A stretch of DNA of 64,000 bases, taken from Azolla caroliniana (Eukaryota > Plantae > Polypodiophyta). The stretch lies in assembly GCA_043228905.1 (NCBI GenBank), contig JBHGNT010000008.1, forward strand, positions 10,912,001 through 10,976,000, written 5' to 3'. The notes beneath the pieces were generated by a model, which saw only the letters and a list, made by a program, of their open reading frames with translations, was not told the origin of the DNA and ran no database searches. Shown piece by piece: positions 37,001-49,061 of this stretch. The position numbers and the translations under genes are program-made. Position 1 is the first letter of the stretch. Each line of letters begins with the position of its first letter.

Positions 37001-38735
37001 CGCATCAATAAGCGATTGGTTCTTCCTCTCGGCAACACCGTTCTGTTGTGGTGTGTATCTACAGCTGAACTCCTGCCGAATTCCCGTTTGCTGCAGATAA
37101 CTGTTGAATTGGCCGGAAAAGTATTCTTTCCCTCCATCCGACCGCAAGCATTTGATCTTCCTCTCTGATTCCCGTTCCACCATGCTTTGGAGACTCCGGA
37201 AACACTCGAAGACTTCACTCTTCCACTCAATGAGGTAGATCCATGTGTGCCGCGTATAGTCGTCGATGAAGGAGACGAAATATCGACTCCCGCCAAGACT
37301 AACATTCTGTGCCGGTCCCCACACATCCGAATGGATAAGGTCAAGCTTGTTACAGCTCCGGTTATGTTCGGTGGGGAATGGAAGCTAGTGTTGCTTCCCG
37401 AGTTGGCAGGCCTCACATACTTGGGCCTTCCGGCCGCTGAACTTCGACAAACCGAAAATAACTTGTTTCGTTTGCAGGTCTTGAAGCCTTCGGTAATTGA
37501 CGTGGCCTATCCGCTTGTGCCATAGGTTGATTTGCGATTCGACCTTCTGTCCTTTTGCAAACAAAGTGGTGCCGACGTCATTGGTGTCGAGGATAAACAT
37601 CCTCCCGTCTCTACGCCCTTGCGCAATAATTTGGCCCTCTTCCTCGATTAAGCCCCCGAGGTGCGTAAACCGCACCTACATACCCTCGTCGACGATCTGT
37701 CCGACCGATACCAGGTTCTTGGTGATTGTCAGAACGTGTAATACATTCATCAGCTTCCCCTTCTGTCCGACGTGGCTCAAAGGGACTTCTCCAACGTGCA
37801 CGATTGGGTGAGGAGTGTCGTCTCTGGTTTCGACTATTCCTGGTTGATCCGGTTTCTCCGAAAAGGAGAACCACTATTTGTGGCTCGTCATGTGGTTCGA
37901 CGCACCATAATCAACATACCACACTTCCTCCGATTTGGAAGTGGTCTTCTTCATCGAGTTTGCCTTGTGCTTCATCACCAAGGCTGGCCCGTTGCCATTC
38001 TTGGATCCTCCCAATCCCTTCACATAGTGCAAGCTTTGTCGGTCATCCTTGCCGGCCCTGCCGGATACGGATTTGTCCGAATCGGCTCGTTTTCTCCAAC
38101 ACTCGCTTTAATGCTCAAATGAGCTTCTAACACTTACTACGAGACTATAATTGCCTAGTAGTCTAAACTAATACTAGGCTTCCGGTTACCGATTGGATCC
38201 GGCTAACCGGCTCCCCAGCTCACCATCTCTGTTGCTTGTCGGCTTACCGATCCGTCTCGCTTGCCGGCTCAGGCTTATTCAGTCGATCCGGCTCCAGTTG
38301 AGCTTGCCGCTCAACAGACTTCAACCCTCGTGCTCTGATACCATGGAAAAGAATATGTGTGCGGAAGCGTATGCAAAACACAGAGTACACAATTCAGAAA
38401 ACGACAGTTCGGTCAAACACAGAAAACACAGAGATGGAGAGGGAGAGACAGAGACAGAGGGTAGACAACTCAGTTCTATTTCAAAAATAATAACGCTCTG
38501 TACATATTTCGGGCTTAGTGAGCACTTCTTATACACGCCCTTAAATCAGGCTGACACAAGTATTAACATGACTTGACTTCTCATAAATCAGCCTACTACA
38601 CTAACTCCCAAAATTTATTCCTTATCAGGAATACCATACTTACAGACTCTCGGTGTCCGCACCGTTATAGCCATTTTGTGCTTAACTATTTTATGCACCC
38701 GATTACACACTGAATGTTGAGCTTGTCTCTCAACA
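31081..38735 (-). mobile_element. Copia element E (5' LTR 38344-38735, PBS 38332-38343, gag-PR-INT 31081-33650; RT and 3' LTR lost); hosts element F
   Basis: WYVDSGASNHM; HKRFGH..CEAC; SDGGKEY..NGVAER; PBS TGGTATCAGAGC. Confidence 0.88.
33711..38316 (-). mobile_element. Copia element F nested in E; gag, PBS and part of the 5' LTR deleted
   Basis: Perfect TSD GACTT (33706-33710 and 38317-38321); 3' LTR 33711-34108; 5' LTR remnant about 38110-38316; PPT 34109-34119; RT YKARLVVKG..LYVDDL; RH SSTEAEY. Confidence 0.92.
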
Positions 38736-39715
38736 AGAAGGATGCATAAATCGTTGTAGACAAGACGAAGAGGATGGCTGATAAGATACACCAAGGGAAC
38801 TCTGATGCAGCGCCCTTGACAACTCCTCTACGGTCAGCCTTCTTTGTTGTCCTCACACCGGAAGAAGAAGCAAAGTGTGTACGGTTATAGGTTTAAGACT
38901 GAATAGAGGAGATTTGAGAGATCTCCTCCAAGCGGCTTTCCAACATAGGATAGGAAAAATCGTCGATGCGCAATTTCTTGGACATGCATTCTATCACATA
39001 GAATTGGATATAGCCGAATCCATTGTGGTCATGTTGAATGCAAATGTGATCAATATTCGAAATTGTTGAGCGAGCAAGCTCAAACAGATCCGGATCCGTT
39101 GGGTAAGCCTGAGCCGGATCGGTATCCAGATGATATCCGGAACCAGGAGCTGGATCGGAGAGACGGATCGGGGAGCTGGATTCAAATGTGAACTGGAAGG
39201 CCAGTGATAGCTTATACGCATCTAGATTACTAGATAGTCAGAGTCCTCCTAGTTACTGCCAGTCGCTCGTATGAGCATCGAAGTACATAGTACTTCTGTC
39301 AGTCCTCCAAGGACTTGTATAAATAGTGTTATCAAGCATATTGTATAGATAGAGTGACATACAGAGTTATTTTTTTGAATAGAGTTTATATTATGCTCTC
39401 TCTCTTTCTCTCCCGTGCATATTCTCTGTCTTAAGCTTGAACCTTCCTCTCTAACTATTGCTATCTAGTAGAGCCGATTTGTAATATGCTTCCGCGCACA
39501 TTCACATTCACATGGTATTAGAGCACGAGAGTTGTAAACCTCTGTAGCCGACAGACTCTTTCGAAGAAAAACCAATGAGGTAGTGTCGGAGCCGGCACAC
39601 AAAGACTTCCCAACATGGGAGCAAGGAGCGAGCCGAGTGTCGGCTGCATCAAAGATGCTAAGACGTTGTCGTGCCTTTCGGCACTGGATCGTTTGCGTGA
39701 GTCGGGTGGCAACCG

Positions 39716-40460
39716 CTGGGGTTTTTTACTAGGAGAAAGAAGAATATGAGATAATGTTAGTTAGGAAGAGATTGCAAGAAGAAGATATGAAACTCGTGAA
39801 TCCCACGAGTATAGTGTATTAATTGATACTTAGATTGTAAGAGAGAAACAGATGGCAAAATCGTGAATCCCATGATTATTTTATATTATTCAAACCTTAT
39901 AAAAATCAACAACACCTATACATCTTTCTCTCTTCCTTATATAGTGTTCGAAGAGTCTCAGTTTATCACATGCAAGCATCATGCTTTTCCTAACATTAGT
40001 TTTCATGCACACTATATGTGCATGATTAGCTTTCTATCCCATCTTTTCTTTTAACTGGAGTGTGTATGCATGAATAACTTTTTGTACCATGCATATCTAG
40101 AATATTTACATGGGATAAAGTTTAGTGTAACTTTAAAATTCATAATATGCTAGTATACTGGTAAGGCTTAAAAATCGTTAACATGGAGGAATAGGGTTCG
40201 AATCCTGCCCTATGCATGTAACATTCTTTTCCTCTATTTACAAACTTGTCTCTTCATCCAGTGAGAGACTCTCCCCAGCCTTCTTTATCCGGCTCTTGTC
40301 AGTTCTACTTGATCCAGTTCTTACCGGGTCTCCTTACCGGTTCCTCCTTGCTGATTCCATCCTTCATCTGGTTCTCATCGGTTCCTCCTTACCAGTTCCT
40401 CCTTGCCGGTTCCATTCGGAGGGACAAAATTGCAATTTTCACATAATGTGTGAATTACAC
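39716..40460. other. Unclassified AT-rich insertion in the gag of G, with a tRNA-like A/B-box segment at about 40148-40215
   Basis: gag similarity stops near 39715 and resumes near 40460. Contains TAGTATACTGGTA ... GGGTTCGAATCCT. Confidence 0.4.
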
Positions 40461-40745
40461 TACGACAACGCTGAAACAGGACTCGGAGAACCTAAAGAAG
40501 ATTTTCTCAACAAGTACCTCTGCCCGGAAGCTCCAGCTTCGACAAAGGGATATGTTAGTTATAGACTACACCACGAAGATAAAGGAGATTTGCAATGCAT
40601 TAGGGTCCATTGACGTCACAGTAGACGAGGACGAAAAGGTGCAAATCTGCCTCGCTAGTTTGGCTCAAAGATACGGCCCTATTCGGATAGCTATCCTCAC
40701 CCGGGAGAAACTATTGTCCTTCGATTTGCAATCGATGATGATTGT

Positions 40746-41975
40746 TGTTGGGTAGGGGGTGAAGCCTAGAATGGCTTCAACCCCTCTCGAGGGGGTTACG
40801 ATAGGGAGAGAGAAAGAGAGAGTGAAACAAGGATGACACCAAAATGATAGGGGAAAATGTATATTCATTACATGCCCATAAGGGGTTTATATAATACATC
40901 CAATGTAACGGTTACATGACCGTTATAAATAAGACTGTTACGCATTCTTGTACACATGCACATAATTGTGCATGTGTCCATACACATAATCATCCTCACA
41001 CACTCATTTACTTTACACATACACATAAACCACATCATTACACCTAGCCTTATGCCTCCACGTATATTCTTACGGGTAACACATGGCACACTTGTGGGAC
41101 AGTGCATTGCACGGTGAACCCACTCGCCATGGTAACTCTTCTGAACCGGAACTCCATCAGTCGTCTCAACGGTCGGAAATCCCTCGATCGGATTACTGCA
41201 ATCGATAACTTCGATTGAAGCTTTCGTTGACTCGAACCTTCTTGTTCGGTCAGCACAAGTCGGGATTGGATCATACACCAATCGGCTAGTTCAATGTGCC
41301 ATGGGTCGTGAAATCGTGTTGTGCGTTTGTGTATTCTTTCTTTTATCATGTGAGTTGTGTTTTCAGAAATTCATGATTTGTACCACTTATTTTTTTAAAT
41401 TTTATTGTAAATTTTATCCAACCCTCAAGCTTTTCTTTTACTTCTTTGTCTTTTTCTTCCTTTCACTTCTTCCGTTCTGTTTTCTTCTCTGTCTTCTTCC
41501 TGTGTTCTTCTCCTTCTTTTCTCCCGTTTCTTCTTCACCTTCATCCGTTTCTCCTTCTTTAGCCATGGCAGAGCTTGGTGGAGCTCTCACTCTACTTTGT
41601 CTTGGTCTTGGTCTATGTCTGTGTCTATATCTATGTAGGTTCTTTTTGTTTGCCGACTGTTGGTCGTGCCTGTACATTGGCCATCTGTCGACCATAGCCA
41701 TTACTGATTGTCCGACGACCATCTCTCAATTCGTCCGACTGAGTCATCGGTGGTCATGTTTGTTCGGCCAGTGGCTTTTTGGTCGTCTGGCCCGTTAGTC
41801 GTCTCTCTTGGGTGGTTGTTTGGCCATACTCTCGGCCACGCGTATCGGGCATATTCTTGGTCGCGTGTCTCGACCGTGCTCTTGGTCGCATGTCCTGGCC
41901 GTCTTCTCAGCCTCACGTCTCGGCTATGCTCTTGGCCGTGCGTCTCGGTCGTCGTTTCTCAACCATCACTTCGAA
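40746..41975 (-). mobile_element. 3' fragment of another Gypsy-like element (LTR 40746-41081) inserted in the gag of G
   Basis: Minus-strand LTR TGTTACCC...CCCAACA with TATATAAA at about 40886-40893; degenerate ~25-bp tandem repeats at 41750-41960. Confidence 0.75.
41082..41123 (-). other. Third tRNA-Arg 3'-end-like motif abutting a 3' LTR
   Basis: Minus strand: GTGGGTTCACC-GTGC-AAT-GCAC-T-GTCCCACAAGTGTGCCA-TG, then TGTTACCC. Confidence 0.85.
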
Positions 41976-44900
41976 CAAAACCACGCGAGTGGGTCTAGGA
42001 CCACTCAATCGGACAGTCGGATGTTGTACACTGAGGCGGATCAGCCTTGTGGGCGTGGAGGACGAGGTGGGTCGGCACGCAATGGAGGCGGCCGGCAAGA
42101 GCAGAACTGAAGGCACAAAGACGATGCCGACAATAGTTCCGGACCCTTCACAAGCAGGGGAAGTCAAGTCGGAGCCGGAAACCGGCAATTGAAGGCAGAC
42201 ATAGAATGTTGGTACTGTGGCAAGAAAGGCCACCGAGAAAGCGAGTGTTGGAAGAAGCGCACCAATTCGGATAAATCCGGATCCAACAATACCGGATAGG
42301 GAAACCAGTAAAGCTCGCACTACACAGAAGGATCGGAAGGATCCGGAACTGGGAAGACCAGAAAAGGGCCAACCTTCATGATGAAGCACAAGGCGATCTC
42401 AATGAAGAAGACCAATTCCACATCGGAGGAAGTGTGGTACGTTGATTCTGAAGCATTTAACCATATGACGAGCCATGAAGAGTGGTTCTCGTTTTTAGAG
42501 AAACCGGAACAACCAGGGATTGTCGAAACCGGAGACGACACCCCTCACCCGATTGTGCATGTCGAAGAAGTCCCTTTAAGCCATGTCGGACAAAAGGGAA
42601 AGTTGATGAATGTATTACATATTCCAACTATCACAAAGAACCTAGTATCGGTCGGACAAATCGTCGACAAGCGAATGCATGTATGGTTTATGCACCTCGG
42701 GTGCTATAATTGCGCAAGGGTGCAGACAAGGGAGGATGTTCGTCCTCAACACTAATGACGTCGGCACCGCCATGTTTGCCAAAGGATAGAAGATTGAATC
42801 AGACATCGATCTGTGGCACAAGCGGATCGACCACGTCAATTACCAGAGGCTTCAGGACTTGCAATTGAAACAGGTTGTGTTCGGTTTGCCGAAATTTAGT
42901 GGCCGGAAGGCCCAAATTTGTGAAACTTGCCAGCTCGGGAAGCAACACTAGCTTCCATTCCTCACCAAACGAAACAGAGTCGTAACAAGCTCGACTTAAT
43001 CCATTCGGATGTATGGGGACCGACACAAAACGTTAGGCTTGGTGGGAGTTAATATTTTGTCTCCTTCATCGACAACTACATTTGGCACACGTGGATCTAC
43101 CTTATCGAGAAGAAAAGTGAAATTTTCGACTATTTCTGGAACCTTCAAAGCTACTGACTCCGACCTCCGTCTCCGACCCGATTTCGAAAGATGAGGCTAG
43201 TGAGCCCGAGGAGGTCCAGGTAGAAGATGAAGACTTTGGCACTCTAGAAGAGAGTCTGATCTCATTCCGGCTAAGTGGACCGAAAGAGCGGCTGAGTCGG
43301 GAGGACCAGTCGGATGAAGAACTGGCGAGTAGTGGACCCTCTATTGTGCTCTCCCCATGCAAGGAACCGAGGAGACGGTTCATGCGCAAAGAGAAGGGGA
43401 AGAAGAAGATGCCGGAATACGATACCAGCAGTGAAGAGTCAGATCGAAGTGAGTCAGATCCCGGAAAGGGAGAAGGCGGATCTTCAGAAATGAAGTCCAG
43501 AGCGGCCAAGACGGGCCTCAAACCGGGTAATGACAAGTTACGCCGGTCAACCCGCCAGAAGAACCTCGTCATGAGGTACGGGTACGATGTGTACATGGCG
43601 CATCACTATGCATACATGACTAAGGTGGCGGAAGTGAGTGAGCCAAAGAGCTACGCAAAAGCAGCGAAGGACACAAATTGGTGTGCTGATATGGAGGAAG
43701 AAATGCGGGCACTAGATGCCAATGACACATGGGACCTAGTTGACCCACCCCAACAGTGCAAACCGATTGATTACAAGTGGGTGTACAAGGTAAAGTACAA
43801 CACCAACAGTTCGGTCAACCGGTACAAAGCCCAATTAGTGGCAAAGGGATATGCACAGACCTACAGAATTGACTACGACGAGACCTTCGCTCTGGTAGTG
43901 AAGATGATGATGGTTCGTGTGGGACTGGTTGTTGCTGCAGCAAGGGATGGCATCTTCACCAAATGGACGTGAAGAATGCATTTCTTCAACATGATCTTGA
44001 AGAACGGATCTATATGATCCACCCCCCCAGTTTCCAATCGGAGATGAACAAGTCGGTAGTGTGCCGACTCAAGAAGTCGCTTTACGGTCAGAAACAAGCC
44101 CCCCGAGCTTGGAATGCAAAGATCACGCACTGGTTGCGTAAGATGGGGCGTGTGGCCTCTAAGTCCAACTCTTCATTGTTCATCCAGAACGGTCTGGATG
44201 GTCCGGTTTGCATTTTGCTTTATGTAGATGATTTAGTCATCACTCGACCCGGACTCGATGAAATCGGCTATGTGAAGTCCCAATTGTCGGACACATTTGA
44301 GATGAAGGACTAGGGGGACCTTCATTATTTCCTTGGGATCGAGGTGATCCGAACCCCCAATGGCATATTTCTCTCACAACGCCATTATGTGTTGAATATG
44401 TTGTACAAGTTCGGCATGACGGAATGTCGATTGATCTCTACACCCCTGGACTAGAACCTAAAGCTACATCTCGACTCCGGCCCGGCTTGCGATGAGAAAC
44501 GGTTCCGACAAATTGTCGGAACCCTCATTTATTTAACAATCACCCGACCCAACATTAGTTATCCAGTCGGAGTGATCAGCCAGTTCATGCAGAAGCCAAC
44601 CGTGGAGCACCTCTAGTGCGCGCATCGAATATTGCGATATGTGAGCGGCACAAAGGACCGGGGACTGTTATACTGGTATGGTATAATTGAAGAGCTCGTC
44701 GGATACACCGATGCCGACTGGGCTGGTGATGCATCAGATCGCCGATCCACCTCCGGTTACATGTTTTCCCTAGGTAACGCAGTCTGACTATTGCGTGGAG
44801 CAGCAAAAAGCAATTGACAGTGGCTCTGTCGAGCACTAAGGCTGAATACCGGGGCACTACCGTTGCCACTTGTGAAGCAATTTGGTTCCGGTGACTGTTG

Positions 44901-44998
44901 TGAGACCTCCGGATTGAGGTACTGACCCCGATCCTGATCTACTACGAGAACATAAGCAGCATACAGCTTGCCAAAAACCCTATGTTCCATGCTTGGAC

Positions 44999-45789
44999 CA
45001 AGGTTGTTAGGTACGATACGGATACCATACGTATTTAACGTATTAATACCCGTATAGTACCTCCCAATTTGAAACTACGTTAAATACATTTTCTTAATAT
45101 GTTAAATACTTATAAATTACGTAAAATATGTATTTTATGTATAGTATGTTAAATACTTCTAGAATTTGAAAATTATTTACCTTTCTAAAAAACATCTATA
45201 ATATTGTAAAAAACATCTATGTTTACACAATTTTGTGAAATACAATATAGTTCTACATCCTAAAATACTTTTAGTAATCTGGATGTCGACATTCCCTTAT
45301 TCTATAAATCAGTGTAAATGTGTATCACGATGTTCTGCTTCAAATTGTAATTATTTACAATTATGCCTTCATAAATTGAGGAACCGTCTACGATTATCAC
45401 ACTCATGACAGGTTTCTCTTTTTTTCGTTTTCTTCTTCTTCTTCTTCTATCTTCTGCGATTATCACACTCAGTACAGGTTTATGTCTTCGTTTCTCTCTT
45501 CTTCTTCTTCTTCTTCTTCTTCATCGTCATCTCTTCTATTCTTCTTTCTTCCTTCCTTTGGCTTATTTTTCACGAAAATCTTTTTTTTCTTTTGCTTTTT
45601 GTTAGGGTTTTACTTACATTTTCTTTATAAATATGTATTATACTAGTTTTTTTATAAATATGTTAAATGCTGTATTGGACAAATGTACATGATATTTGAT
45701 TAAACAACATTGAGGTATAGTACGTACTATACAAATGATGAGGTACTATACGTATTTAAACGTTAAATACGGGTACGTAAACAACCATG
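44999..45789. mobile_element. hAT-type MITE, copy 2, in the RNase H of G
   Basis: CAAGGTTGTT...AACAACCATG; perfect 8-bp TSD GCTTGGAC (44991-44998 and 45790-45797). Confidence 0.93.
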
Positions 45790-46192
45790 GCTTGGACGAA
45801 GCACATCGAAGTGCACTATCACTTCGTGCATGAGCGGGTCTTGAGTGGTGAAGTTGAACTTCGGTATGTTCACACGAATCGGCAAGTTGCCAATATCTTC
45901 ACCTAGCCACTCGGATTGGACAAGTTGCAGCAGTTTTCGGAGATGCTTGGCATTCAACGTCTCGACGTGACGCACTTGAACGGGAAAATAGGAAGAGGAA
46001 CGAGAACGGATGGTACCGGACAAGGAGCCGGAGAGGAAGAAAGAACCAAGGGGGGAGATAAGCAGAAAAAGGAAGCCGAGTCGACCGAAGGAGTCAGCAG
46101 ATCCGAACAAGTCGGAGTAAACGGCAGCGATGACAGAGTCAAGAAGGACAGAGCCAACCGAAAGAAGAAGGCCAAGACCCGGACATGGTCCG

Positions 46193-46662
46193 TGTTGTCC
46201 GGCCGACAATAGACTATGTTGTCGACATAGTATAAGTTGAACGTTGTTTACCGAACGTTCTATCAATGAATCGTGGTTAGACGAATGAATATTAAGTTAC
46301 TGTAATAATATCGATGTTATGCATACATCGAGATCGTTACTTATGTAATATATTTATATTAAGATAGAAATAGATTAGAAGAATAACTAATTGCACACCG
46401 AGATTTCCTACAACCAAACTTATATTACTAAAATAAACAATAGTTTTTCCTTCAATTCCTTTTATAAGCAACCGAAAGGGCTTCCTCATCAAGAAACATA
46501 CTGTCATAACGGCAAGAATTACAAAATCTGTAACTAACTATATTTTCGGTTTTTAATTATATTCGGCAAAATGTTGACTCATTGATCCTCTTTATTGATC
46601 CGACTTCGACTCCGACTTCGACGCTTCTCCACTTGACAAACTGCCCCTTTGTTTGGGTAACA
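46193..46662 (-). repeat. Solo LTR (TGTTACCC type)
   Basis: TG..CA termini; perfect TSD GTCCG (46188-46192 and 46663-46667); minus-strand TATAAAA at about 46460. Confidence 0.9.
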
Positions 46663-49061
46663 GTCCGTTGTGGTGAATGGCCTAAAAACGGAAGATGAGT
46701 TGGAGACTATCAACTCTCACAAGAGCCGGAACGAATCGGACGCAATCGATTCCGACAAGAGCTGGAACGAATCAAAGGAAGCCGATTCGGTTCAAGATTC
46801 GGAGGAGCCAGATCAACTAAAGGCCAAGCGGACAAGAAGGCAGCAGAAGTCGACACCGAAATGGAGGAACCAATGGGTCGACAAGTGCCGAAGTCGTAGC
46901 AGCAAAGGAGCTGAGATGGGCCTTCTGAGCAGACAAGCCGACCGAGGAGGTCGAGGTGCGCAGAACAAGAAGGGTCGCGGGAAATGGGACCGGACCGAAC
47001 GAGGAGCGCGAGCAAGGCGGAACGACGCCAGAAGGAGCACGATGGAAGGACCGGCTACTACAGACACTAACACCAGGATCCGACCTCAAGTTGACCTTGA
47101 GGGGGAGTGTTGAGTGAGCAAGCTCAAACAGATCCGGATCGGCTGAGAAAGCCTAAGCCGGATTGGTAACCGGGACGAAGAACCGGATGATAGCCGGATC
47201 GGTATCCGGCTGATATCCGGAACCAGGAGCCAGATCGGAGAAACGGATCAGGGAGCCGGATTGAAATGTGAACCAGAAAGCTAGTAGCCTATACGCGTCT
47301 AGACTACTAGGTAGTCAGAGTCCTCGTAGTTAGTGGCAGTCACTCGTATGAGCATCGAAGTACATGGTACTTCTGTCAGTCCTCCAAGGACTTGTATAAA
47401 TAGTGTTGTCAAGCATATTGTATAGAGAGACTAACATACAAAGTTATGTTTTTGAATAGAATTTATGTTCTGCTCTGTCTTTGTCTCTCCCGCACATATT
47501 CTATGTGTTAAGCTTAACCTTCCTCTCTAATGGTTGCTATCCGGTAGAGCCGGTTTGTAATACGCTTCCGCACATTCACATTCACAAAAATGTTATTGCT
47601 TGTTTTGTGCCGTGGAAACCGAGCTGTGATTCTGTCGAAATGTTGAATTCGGGGCATCGTTTGACCCCGATTTCCGTGGCTTTCCCAAGAATCCCTAAGG
47701 AGTACATGGTTGTACTCCCATCAATCGCAACAAGAATTGGCACGGTTCTTCCTCCTCGTGAGGAGGCATTAGAAACAAAGCTAACAGGATATCCATCAAT
47801 TCGAATATTAGCTCCATCAATCGAAAATTTACCAACTCAGGTATTTCTACCATCACTCAACGGGAATACGATATTCATGCAAAAATTGGAGTATGTAGGT
47901 GTGCTTGGAGAATGTTTGAATTGTAAACAGCAAGGCCATGTACTGAAAGATTGCCCTCCAAAAAAAAGGGAGTTAGACATCAAAATGGTACAAATAATGT
48001 GCATTCAAATGTTAACGATGGTAACATGGATAGGAGTCAACATTCATAGCTAGTGGAGGGAACATAGAAAGGGAAAAATGTTCAGCCCTCCAAGGATGAA
48101 AAAGGGAAAAGTATTCAACCATCCAAGGATGAGATATGGAGACCAATTGAAAAACGACACTCAATACCCAATAAATGCACAGAATCTATGGGTGCTCATG
48201 TAAGTATAGGTCACTATGATGCCATACAGGAAGTAGATAATTCTTTGTCTCAAAATGATGTTCAGATGTGCCGAATTAGTAATGTTTCTAAACAATGCCA
48301 TACAGGAAGAGACTGAATCAATCAATAACTTTGCTATGGCCACTTAAAGTAAAACAACAAAGGTACTAAGTAAACAACATTTGAACTTGAGTAAGGCATA
48401 GGGGCCCCTTCATAGATCTATAAAACGATCGTCTAGCTTTAGAGGGTTAAATGCGAACTTCCTTCGCACAATCCCGATAAAATCTCAAGTCAAAAATACT
48501 TGTGCTTTTGCAGTCACTCGATGGAATGCCACATATGGGTTTGAGTATTTGATATTGTTGGGAGACATGGTTGATAATAGCATTGCATCAATACGCGTTC
48601 ATGTTCTTTTCAAGACTATGCAATCTCTTGTAGGATTTTCTTTTCCTTTTTGTAGTTATGATAAACAAACATGGGTGGCAACAGATGTTTGATTGGCTAT
48701 TAGACAACAAACATTACACTTCGCAAAATATGTTAATTGTGACAATTTTGGGGAAGTACTATTAAGGGAACTTGAGGCAGCAACTATACAACATTTGTCA
48801 GTGTCTGATGTGATGGGACGAAGACAGGTGGTTGTCTCCTTAGAATCTGAGATCCTTCCAAATTGTAGATATCTCTATATTCATGAAGATGGGTTATCAG
48901 AAGGTCAAGTATTAGCTAAAGCTCATCATCATTATAGAATGGTACGCGATGCGATACCTTTATCATGTTCGATAAGATGTGAGCAAGAGGGCAATGAGGC
49001 CAATCTAGAGCCATTAGCAAAAAACATGAAAATGGCATCACAACAACCCAAGTTTCCTTAA

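Larger units (their letters stand above)
39064..47586 (+). mobile_element. Copia element G with both LTRs, integrase core deleted, four internal insertions
   Basis: LTRs 39064-39512 and 47108-47586; PBS TGGTATTAGAGC 39513-39524; PPT 47097-47107; TSD GAAAT/AAAAT; PR WYVDSEA; RT LYVDDL. Confidence 0.92.

Noticed and set aside
40141-40220. Functional tRNA gene
   Set aside because: Acceptor and anticodon stems do not pair convincingly.
41301-41798. Hydrophobic membrane or env-like ORF (also 21173-21370 and 45405-45605)
   Set aside because: Translation of T/C-rich low-complexity non-coding sequence.
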